Origin: an uncultured virus (IMG/VR IMGVR_UViG_3300031240_000004)
Taxonomy: Duplodnaviria; Heunggongvirae; Uroviricota; Caudoviricetes
Length of the DNA: 20,000 nt
Strand: one strand, 5' to 3'
IMG/VR virus record: IMGVR_UViG_3300031240_000004
In this document: piece after piece, positions 7,761 through 14,488 of the stretch
Layout: each line of letters starts with the position of its first letter
How positions within the stretch are numbered: position 1 is the stretch's first letter
The notes under the pieces: model-generated
Told to the model about the DNA's origin: nothing
What the model saw: only the letters and a program-made list of their open reading frames with translations
Database searches by the model: none
Program-made: the position numbers and the translations under genes

Positions 7761-8202
7761 CCTTCTCGCTCTCACAGTTTGGCAACCCTGGGCTTCCCTT
7801 ATTGCCTGGCCGCTCAAGCCGGTCGAGAACCGCACCTGGCGCGCGCCGTGGGTGCTCGGCAAGCGCATCGCAATCCATGCCGGCAACAAGTTCGACGAGG
7901 ACGCCGCGCTCCACCTATCGGTCATGCCATGCCCGGTACCTGAAATCGTCCAACTATCCCGCAAGACCAAGGGCGCCATCGTATGCACGGCGGTAGTTGA
8001 CAGGTTTGTTAATCGCGCCGACGTCGAAACGAATCTTCATGAGGAGTTTGCTCTCACGTCATACTTCACGTGGTTCTCCGGCCCCGTCGGCTGGGTGCTG
8101 CGCGACGTGCAGAAGTTCGATCCCGTGCCGTGCCGCGGGGCCCAGGGGCTCTGGACGGTGCCTCCCGATGTGCTGGCCCGCATCCCGGAGCACGCGCGGT
8201 GA
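7753..8202 (+). CDS. ASCH-domain protein
   Basis: ALTVWQPWASLI...K.VENRTW, IAIHAG, GAIV, W.L.DV..F.PVPCRGAQGLW; GTG 7753 after GGAGGG. Confidence 0.92.
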   Translation: MASLLALTVWQPWASLIAWPLKPVENRTWRAPWVLGKRIAIHAGNKFDEDAALHLSVMPCPVPEIVQLSRKTKGAIVCTAVVDRFVNRADVETNLHEEFALTSYFTWFSGPVGWVLRDVQKFDPVPCRGAQGLWTVPPDVLARIPEHAR

Positions 8203-8384
8203 AACGCTGCCGCTGCCTCGCAACCGCGCCGAAGAGGTGCGGCTGGCCGGCCAAGGCCAGTGGCTTCTGCGACATCTGCAATCTTCTTCACAGTTGCCTT
8301 CGTGAGCACCGATCCGCAGCCATCGCGGCGATTTGGCGGGCGTGCTGGAAGCGGCGACCGCGAGCCTTTGGAGGTGCAATGTGA
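8199..8384 (+). CDS. Small Cys-rich hypothetical protein
   Basis: GTGA overlaps at both ends; CRC...RC...GFCDIC. Confidence 0.6.
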   Translation: MKRCRCLATAPKRCGWPAKASGFCDICNLLHSCLREHRSAAIAAIWRACWKRRPRAFGGAM

Positions 8385-8770
8385 GGAAGCCGTCGGCACG
8401 ATCGGTCGCTTGCAAGAAATGCGGAGCTGAGCCTGGGAAAGCATGTCGAACGCGCGCGGGCCGCACGTCATTTGGCGGTTTTCACACCGCTAGGCGCGAA
8501 GCGTTCGCCCCGCTGAAAGACTCGCTTCTCCGCCAACTCGCCCGCGATATCGTCGAGTCTTTCAGCTGCGGTTGCGCTGACACCGAGGATGGCGAGTGTC
8601 CGTGCGGCGGAGACGGCCCCGGCGACCTCGAAGGTTGCTGGCATTGCCAAGCCCGCGCCGCGCTGTCCGACGAAGATTCCCCCCAGCCCGCACCCGCGCC
8701 AGTTCCCGCTCCCACCCCAATCCCCGCCGGCGCGGGTGCGGCGATCGTCGAGGAAGGCAGGAAAGACTGA
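8381..8770 (+). CDS. Zinc-finger protein with Pro/Ala-rich tail
   Basis: RBS GGAGG; CKKCGAEPGKAC...FHTAR finger, second Cys cluster CGC..CPC..CWHC. Confidence 0.75.
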   Translation: MRKPSARSVACKKCGAEPGKACRTRAGRTSFGGFHTARREAFAPLKDSLLRQLARDIVESFSCGCADTEDGECPCGGDGPGDLEGCWHCQARAALSDEDSPQPAPAPVPAPTPIPAGAGAAIVEEGRKD

Positions 8771-9153
8771 TGTGCTACGACGGCGACTTCGACGATTGCT
8801 CCCTCTTCAGCGTGAACGTGCGGCGCGCCCGCAAGCGCCATCGGTGCGATGAATGCCGAGCGTTCGTCCTTCCCGGCGAAGACTATGCAAGAGCCTCGTG
8901 GCTCGGGCGTGACAGCGGATTTGATTCCAGCGTTCGCTGCGCTCAGTGCTACTTCCTGTGTCTCGCGATCGAGACGCTGATCTGCCATGACCACGGGGCC
9001 ATTCCGTGGGGCGGTGGCTTCCTTCGCGAAGAACTCGACGAGCTCGGGGTGCTCTCGTCGAAGCGCGACGCCTGGGAAGGGAACGCCGATTTCATGTGGG
9101 CCGGCGACTTGTTCGACGCCGCTCGCTATCGACTGCTGGAGCAAATCCAATGA
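8770..9153 (+). CDS. Phage zinc-binding protein (ARKxHxCxEC type)
   Basis: TGATG coupling; RARKRHRCDEC...PGEDY...RCAQC. Confidence 0.8.
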   Translation: MCYDGDFDDCSLFSVNVRRARKRHRCDECRAFVLPGEDYARASWLGRDSGFDSSVRCAQCYFLCLAIETLICHDHGAIPWGGGFLREELDELGVLSSKRDAWEGNADFMWAGDLFDAARYRLLEQIQ

Positions 9154-9632
9154 CCGTCCCCGCTCACATCAGCGTCCCGCTCACTGGCCACTTCGATGCC
9201 ACTCGTCGCGCTCGCGCCGAGCGCGGCGCCCGCGGCGCACACAAACGCTGGGGCACGCAACAACCGTGGTCCGCCTACGTGCTCCCCGCGGTCAAAAGCA
9301 CCCGATGGATCGTCCGCTGGCGGCGCCGCGGGGGAAAATATCACCAGGGCTCGGTCGATACGCGCGAAGAGGCGGATGCGATCATCGCGGTCGTGAGCGC
9401 GGCGCTGCGGGCGGGCATCACGCCGCCGTCGCTGCCGAGGGGCCGCGCGAAGCCGGAAGGCGCGCAGACGTCGGTCAGATCGAACGATGAGATTGCGCAA
9501 CGGCGGCTGGCGATGAGGAAGATCTTCGACAACCCCGAGCGCTGCGAGGTCTGCACGATGCTCAAGCCCTGCTATCCCTGCACCGGTGACGTGCGCGCCG
9601 AGCTGCTGAGCGCGAGGAGGGGCGGCGAGTGA
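9150..9632 (+). CDS. Hypothetical protein with AP2/arm-binding-like segment and C-terminal CxxC..CxxC
   Basis: ATGA coupling; RWIVRWRRRGGKYHQGSVDTREEADA resembles three-stranded AP2/Arm-DNA-binding domains. Confidence 0.65.
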   Translation: MTVPAHISVPLTGHFDATRRARAERGARGAHKRWGTQQPWSAYVLPAVKSTRWIVRWRRRGGKYHQGSVDTREEADAIIAVVSAALRAGITPPSLPRGRAKPEGAQTSVRSNDEIAQRRLAMRKIFDNPERCEVCTMLKPCYPCTGDVRAELLSARRGGE

Positions 9633-9949
9633 ACGCCATCGCCCCGCCTCCCAAGCGCCTGCCCGGGACCGGCACCGTCGGCTTTCACCGCGCGTCCAAG
9701 TCCTGGCGCTACCGCACGCCTGGCCGCGCCGGCGTGGAGGTCAACGGCTACGCATCTCGCGAGGCTGCCGAGAACGCACTCAACCATGCGCTGCGAGGCC
9801 TGCCCGAGGGTGGCCGGCGACAGATGCCGCTGCTCGTGCTGCGCGCGACCATGCGCTACGCGCTTGAGCTCGCGTTTCGGCTCGAGATCGACTTCGACGA
9901 GGAGCTGAGATTCATGCGCGCGATGCGCGCGAGGAGGGCAGGAACGTGA
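9629..9949 (+). CDS. Hypothetical protein resembling an integrase N-terminal arm-binding domain
   Basis: GTGA coupling; KRLPGTGTVGF....SWRYR.......GYASREAAENAL. Confidence 0.65.
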   Translation: MNAIAPPPKRLPGTGTVGFHRASKSWRYRTPGRAGVEVNGYASREAAENALNHALRGLPEGGRRQMPLLVLRATMRYALELAFRLEIDFDEELRFMRAMRARRAGT

Positions 9950-10149
9950 GCACGAAACGACCGAAGACCAAACAACTGCGCTGGAAGGCGCTCTCGACGT
10001 CCCTCGCGCCGGACCCGAAGATCTCCGAGGACAGCGCCGAGTACGGCAAGCGCTTCGTCCTCGTCACGGTCCTGATCGACGAGCTCGGGCGGCTGTGGGA
10101 GCGAACTGGACGTGACGCGCCCGTGATGCTGGGCACGCCGAAGGGGTGA
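9946..10149 (+). CDS. Small hypothetical protein
   Basis: GTGA coupling with GGAGGG upstream; last gene before a ~240-bp gap. Confidence 0.65.
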   Translation: MSTKRPKTKQLRWKALSTSLAPDPKISEDSAEYGKRFVLVTVLIDELGRLWERTGRDAPVMLGTPKG

Positions 10150-10389
10150 ACGCGGAGTGGGGCGGATCTTCCCGTGTGTCGATTTTTGCGTCGCCGCGCG
10201 GTGCTGGTCGGTTTCGAAACAGGTTTCAGTTCCGTCGAGAACCGGGTGATCGGTTACGAACCCGGTAGGAAAGTGGCTCCAGACAGCACCTGATTCACAC
10301 CGTTGTTGCGCCAGAAACATGGCGCGACGATGCCCGCGCGGATGAGTGCGGGGATCCCAGAAGCGCGCGCAGGGGGTGCGCCTCTACGA

Positions 10390-11427
10390 ATGGACGAGGA
10401 AGAACTCATCGCGAAGGCGTTGCAAATTTTGCAGCGCCGCGCGTCCGGCACAGCCGCGCCGTCGATCACGGTGAGGCAGCTCTTCGACAAATATAAGGCG
10501 GCGAACCAATCGCGGAAGAGCTGGGAGACGATCCGCGGCAAACTCTTGCCGTTCGTCGAGGCCTTGGGCGATCGCGACGTGATGGGCCTGCGGGTGCTCG
10601 ACTGGAGCGACTATCGCGCTGAACGTGAGAAGCAGGAGATCCCGGTGGGAGCGCCAGGGCGCTTTCGCACGGCGCACACGATCAACCTCGAGCTCCAGTG
10701 GGTCAAAGCGATGTGTTCGTGGGCTGTCCTCCAGGGACGGATCCCGTTCAACCCTCTCTCGGCAGCCAAGAGTGTCCGCACCAAATCGAAGCGTTCAACT
10801 GCTCCAAACGAAGATGAAGTAGGGAGGCTACTCATGCATGCAGACGACATTCTCAAGGTAGTGATTCTCTGCGCCGCGGACTCCGGCTTGCGCCGCGGTG
10901 AGATCCTCGGCTTGCGCTGGGAGTGGGTCGATCGCGACGAGATGGTGATTCGGCTCCCGGCCTGGATCTGCAAGAGCGGCCGCGCGCGGACGGTGCCCCT
11001 CACGCAGCGGACGCTCGACGCGATGGACATCGTCCCGCGCCACCTCCGCAGCTCCTACGTGCTCACCAACCCGCGCACCGGCGACCAGTACTCCGACGTC
11101 ACCATCAACAGCTGGTTTCGCGCCATGGCCGCGCGGAGCGGCGTCCAGGCGGCGCCGGGCGAGCGGGTCGTCATGCATTCGCTGAGGCACGGTTTCGCGA
11201 CCAATGCCGTCCGCCGGGGCGTGAGACTCGAGGTCGTCTCAGAAATGCTCGGACACGCCAGCCTCGATCAGACGCGAGATTACATCGAGGTCGTCGACGT
11301 CGACGTCGCTGAAGGCCGCGCGATCTTCGAGGCCGGGATCGTGAAAGATCAGGCGCGCCGGGGTCCGAAACGGATCGAAAATGCAGAGCCGGCTAGCAAC
11401 GAGAAGGCAAAAGGCAAGGGCGAGTGA
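10390..11427 (+). CDS. Tyrosine recombinase/integrase (XerC/D-like architecture); start uncertain (10319-10390)
   Basis: Catalytic set: SGLRRGEILGLRW (R), KSGRARTVPL (K), HSLRH, LGH, TRDY; N-terminal core-binding domain ITVRQLFDKY...TINLEL..VKAM..WAV. Confidence 0.95.
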   Translation: MDEEELIAKALQILQRRASGTAAPSITVRQLFDKYKAANQSRKSWETIRGKLLPFVEALGDRDVMGLRVLDWSDYRAEREKQEIPVGAPGRFRTAHTINLELQWVKAMCSWAVLQGRIPFNPLSAAKSVRTKSKRSTAPNEDEVGRLLMHADDILKVVILCAADSGLRRGEILGLRWEWVDRDEMVIRLPAWICKSGRARTVPLTQRTLDAMDIVPRHLRSSYVLTNPRTGDQYSDVTINSWFRAMAARSGVQAAPGERVVMHSLRHGFATNAVRRGVRLEVVSEMLGHASLDQTRDYIEVVDVDVAEGRAIFEAGIVKDQARRGPKRIENAEPASNEKAKGKGE

Positions 11428-11460
11428 AAAATCTTTGGGTGTTACGACTTCGTCAATTCA

Positions 11461-11488
11461 CGCGTCGATACAACACCTTACGTCAACT
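11461..11488 (+). other. dif-like recombination core site, CGCGTCGATAC-AACACC-TTACGTCAACT (candidate attP/resolution site)
   Basis: 11-6-11 layout 33 bp after the recombinase stop, in an AT-rich gap; right arm matches the E. coli XerD arm TTATGTTAAAT at 8/11, left arm matches GGTGCGCATAA at only 5/11. Confidence 0.4.
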
Positions 11489-11526
11489 GTAAACAGTGTC
11501 GTATAAAGTAAGCAGCGATCCACCCG

Positions 11527-11554
11527 TTGACAGAAAAATGACTGCGGATAAGCT
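11527..11554 (+). promoter_or_regulatory. Putative rightward promoter for the middle/replication operon
   Basis: TTGACA (11527-11532), 16 nt, TAAGCT (11549-11554). Confidence 0.5.
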
Positions 11555-11679
11555 GTTCTTGCTGGCCATGCCATCCACGAACCACGAAGACGCCGTCTCG
11601 CTCCTCGCACGCATGGCCAGCACCACACGTGAGTCGCAGCGGGACGTCGCCTTGGTGGTTCGCGGAATGGAGTAGCTCC

Positions 11680-11979
11680 ATGTCACGCAGCAGGGTTACG
11701 CAGATGAGCCCCATCTGTGCACGAGGTACGGAAGGGTGCGGGGAACGTGCACCTTCCGGAAAGGCCGAATCGGCCAACACGGATGAGGTTCCGGTTTTCG
11801 TCAGCCGCGCGATTGCGCTGGGTTACGACCCGGCCGAGACGTGGGCCCTCTACCGCCGGCTGATCGCGACCGGCGCCGACGTGCGCGCCAGGCGTATTAC
11901 CCCAGCGGGCGGGATGCGCCGGGCTGAGCGGCTCGCCATCGCAGTGGCGATTGCCAAGGCGGCGGGGGTCGCGCTGTGA
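11680..11979 (+). CDS. Hypothetical protein
   Basis: GGAG upstream of ATG 11680; 3' half has coding-like GC3; GTGA overlap with HNH gene; start uncertain. Confidence 0.6.
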   Translation: MSRSRVTQMSPICARGTEGCGERAPSGKAESANTDEVPVFVSRAIALGYDPAETWALYRRLIATGADVRARRITPAGGMRRAERLAIAVAIAKAAGVAL

Positions 11980-12518
11980 CGCTTGTCGATCGCTTCTGGT
12001 CGAAGGTTGACCGATCCGGCGGCCCTGACGCGTGCTGGCCGTGGATGGCGAAGGCCTCGCACGAGTTCGGCTATGGGATTTTCGCGGTGGGAAGCCGTCT
12101 GATCCCGGGGAGCCGGCGACGCCTCGGGGCACATCGGGTTGCCTATGAACTGACGTTCGGGCCGATACCAGGCGGCCAACTGGTCAGACACGAGAAGTGC
12201 GGCCGCCCGAGATGCTGCAACCCCTTGCATTTGTCACTCGGCACTGAGCTGCAGAATTCGGCGGACATGATCAGGATGGGCCGCTCGCTTACGGGCGAGC
12301 GGAATCCACGCGCCAAACTCAACGCCGAGCAGGTGGCGTCCATTCGGGCCCGGATGGCCAACGGCGAGCACTATCGCACCCTGGCCGCCGAATACGCGAT
12401 CACGCCCAACTACGTTCACCGAATCGCCCGGCGTGCGGCGTGGGCGCACGCCCCACGCCCCATCGACCCCACCGCCCTCGCGAACGCCATCCTCGACGCC
12501 GCGGAGTCACGCCCATGA
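11976..12518 (+). CDS. HNH homing-type endonuclease (HNH_3) with C-terminal HTH
   Basis: RFWSKVD..CWPW..GYG.F..AHRVAYEL.FGPIP..VRH..C..P.CCNP.HL..GT..QN..DM; GERNPRAKL..V..IR..LA..Y.I. Confidence 0.92.
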   Translation: MTLVDRFWSKVDRSGGPDACWPWMAKASHEFGYGIFAVGSRLIPGSRRRLGAHRVAYELTFGPIPGGQLVRHEKCGRPRCCNPLHLSLGTELQNSADMIRMGRSLTGERNPRAKLNAEQVASIRARMANGEHYRTLAAEYAITPNYVHRIARRAAWAHAPRPIDPTALANAILDAAESRP

Positions 12519-12682
12519 CCCGCCGCCTCCTCGCCCTCCTGGTCTTCCTGGTCGCGGCGGCCGGGTGCGACGACATCTTCAGGGCGTGCCGAGATAGTTG
12601 CCGGCCTCGTCCGATGGCGAGCGCGTCGACTGGGACATGCGTCTGCTCCTCGACGTGTACCTCTTCGGACGGTGGCCAATGA
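12515..12682 (+). CDS. Small Cys-rich lipoprotein
   Basis: ATGA coupling, RBS GGAG; MTRR + hydrophobic LLALLVFLV + lipobox AAG-C; five further Cys. Confidence 0.72.
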   Translation: MTRRLLALLVFLVAAAGCDDIFRACRDSCRPRPMASASTGTCVCSSTCTSSDGGQ

Positions 12683-12957
12683 GCCGCATCGTCATCACCG
12701 ATCGCGAGCGGGTGGCCGTCGTGGCGCTGGAGCGAATCGCGGCGCGAGGGGTGACCTTCGACGCCGACGCGGCGCTGACCCACCGCGAAGACGACGTCGA
12801 ATGCCCTGACCACATCGATCGGGCCGACTGCGACTGCGGGGACCAGAAGTGTCCCGAGTGCGGCCACCTCCAAATGGCCCTTGGTGTCTGCGCGAACCGC
12901 GATTGCCTGACCGCGATCGCCCGCGCCGCGCTTGATGAACTGCGGAGGGCGCCGTGA
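12679..12957 (+). CDS. Cys-rich hypothetical protein
   Basis: ATGA/GTGA coupling; CDC..CPECG..C....C. Confidence 0.72.
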   Translation: MSRIVITDRERVAVVALERIAARGVTFDADAALTHREDDVECPDHIDRADCDCGDQKCPECGHLQMALGVCANRDCLTAIARAALDELRRAP

Positions 12958-13070
12958 CCCGCCTCTCCCTCCGCGACCTCCTTCTCGGCGCCTTCGCCGC
13001 GATCGTCTGCAGCCTGATCGGCGGGTACGCGATCGCGTGGGCCGCGCTGGTGATTGGGGGGGCGCCGTGA
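12954..13070 (+). CDS. Small membrane protein, 38 aa (MTRLSLRDLLLGAFAAIVCSLIGGYAIAWAALVIGGAP)
   Basis: Not in ORF track; RBS GGAGGG; GTGA overlaps at both ends; hydrophobic. Confidence 0.65.
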   Translation: MTRLSLRDLLLGAFAAIVCSLIGGYAIAWAALVIGGAP

Positions 13071-13606
13071 TTACCGCCGAGACAATGGCCGACGCGTTGC
13101 TGACCGGCGAGCGACGGCTAGACCTCGGCGACGGCTGGTTCTCGAACGGCTACTTCGCCGTCCGCGGCGAGGAGTGGGCGAAACTCGGTAAGGAGAAGAA
13201 GCACAATGACTCGCCCGCGAAGTGGGCCGCTCTCGCCGATCGCGTTCCCGTCGCAGAGGATTTGTCGCTGCGAATCCCGGGAGTGCGGGGGAAAGAGAAC
13301 TGTGACAGCTGCGGTGACGGAGCGTGCGAGTGCCACTGCGGCCACAAGCACGTGTGCCAGTCCTGCGACGGTGACGGTACGGTCGATGTCACCGAGGACA
13401 TCGGTCAGATGGTGTTCGTCGGCGAGGGCGTCGAGACGGTCGTCAATCCGCTGCTCGGCGCGTTGCTAGAAGGTCTGACCGTCGTTCGGACGACGAACGA
13501 TGACGCGGCCTGCGCGATGTTACTCGGGCTCGACGAGCACGGGGAGCTTGTCGCCGCCGTCATGCCGCTGCGCGGGAAGGTGCGTCGGCCGGAGACGAAG
13601 CCATGA
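13067..13606 (+). CDS. Phage protein with DnaJ-like CxxCxGxG zinc finger and sliding-clamp-like end motifs
   Basis: GTGA coupling; FSNGYFAVR near N-term, CDSCG..CECHCG..CQSCDGDG, C-terminal AAVMPLR. Confidence 0.7.
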   Translation: MITAETMADALLTGERRLDLGDGWFSNGYFAVRGEEWAKLGKEKKHNDSPAKWAALADRVPVAEDLSLRIPGVRGKENCDSCGDGACECHCGHKHVCQSCDGDGTVDVTEDIGQMVFVGEGVETVVNPLLGALLEGLTVVRTTNDDAACAMLLGLDEHGELVAAVMPLRGKVRRPETKP

Positions 13607-13863
13607 TTTGGCAGTCGCTCCGCGACAAGCTTGCGACCCGCGGCCCGCTCGGAATCGCCCGTGACGCCGCCGAGCTGGCGTTCGCCTGCACCGTCATTGG
13701 CGTCTACGAGCTCGCGCTGGCGGGCGGCGTGCTTGCCGGGCTCGTAGTTGCGCTGCCGGTTGCGGCGATTGTGCGGCTCACGCGGCCCTTCCGCGCGGCG
13801 CCGGTCTGCGGCTGCGTCAACTCGTTCGACGAGTGCCGGTGCGGCGCGGGGAGGGCGTCGTGA
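13603..13863 (+). CDS. Small membrane protein with C-terminal Cys cluster
   Basis: ATGA coupling, RBS GGAG; long hydrophobic stretch; CGC....ECRC. Confidence 0.7.
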   Translation: MIWQSLRDKLATRGPLGIARDAAELAFACTVIGVYELALAGGVLAGLVVALPVAAIVRLTRPFRAAPVCGCVNSFDECRCGAGRAS

Positions 13864-13976
13864 TTGGCTCCCTGTCACACCGCCTGCGACTTCTCGGCAA
13901 TTCGGTCATCCCCCAGCAAGCCGCGCTCGCCTGGCGGACGCTGACTGAGCGCGCTGCCAATGAGGTGCGTCGGTGA
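13860..13976 (+). pseudogene. Internally deleted C5 cytosine DNA methyltransferase remnant, 38 aa (MIGSLSHRLRLLGNSVIPQQAALAWRTLTERAANEVRR)
   Basis: Not in ORF track; RBS GGGAGGG, GTGA overlaps at both ends; IGSL = start of motif I (IGSL[F/C]SG), RLRLLGNSVIPQQA = motif X. Confidence 0.7.
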
Positions 13977-14488
13977 AGCTCGCCGACGTCGTCTCCATCT
14001 GCATCCGCACGCAGCGCCGGCGCCTCGGCCTCGCCGCTGACGCGCCCGTGCGCCCCGAAGACCGCGAGGCGATGGAGTCCGTGCTCGCCGTCGCCGCCGC
14101 CCACAACCCGTCGATCATGTCGCTGATCGAAGAAGCCAAGGGCGTTGCAGTCGCCGACGAGCTCCGCGCCCAGCGAGCCAAGCGCGAGCGGGCCGCGCTC
14201 GCCGAACGCGCCCGCCCCATCGTCGAGGCCGTCGCCCGCGAGGCGAGCGTCGCGACCGGCGGTGACGTCACGCCGGGGCTGCTGCTGGCGCGCACGGGCC
14301 GCGGGTGGCTCACGCAGTGGCGCCAGGAAGCGTGGACACGGCTCGCGCGGGCGGAGCTCACGCACGAGGAGATCGGGCTGCTCTTCGGGCGCGCCAAGTC
14401 GCAGGTCGGACGGGGGATTGCCCAGCGCGAGGAGCGGGTGCGCGCGGAGCGGACTGCGGAGGAAAGGACGGTGAACCATGGCGCCTGA
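13973..14488 (+). CDS. Protein with C-terminal DnaA domain IV-like HTH
   Basis: IVEAVA...VTPGLLL......LTQWRQEAW..L....LTHEEIGLLFGRAKSQV..GI resembles Bac_DnaA_C. Confidence 0.7.
   Translation: MKLADVVSICIRTQRRRLGLAADAPVRPEDREAMESVLAVAAAHNPSIMSLIEEAKGVAVADELRAQRAKRERAALAERARPIVEAVAREASVATGGDVTPGLLLARTGRGWLTQWRQEAWTRLARAELTHEEIGLLFGRAKSQVGRGIAQREERVRAERTAEERTVNHGA

Noticed and set aside
10241..10270. tRNA fragment/attP in tRNA (GGGTTCGTAACC on minus strand resembles a T-loop)
   Set aside because: No acceptor stem, CCA end or cloverleaf can be built around it
10303..10389. N-terminal extension of the recombinase given by the ORF track
   Set aside because: Low-complexity, overlaps several hairpins and does not resemble an arm-binding domain; ATG 10390 preferred, though not certain
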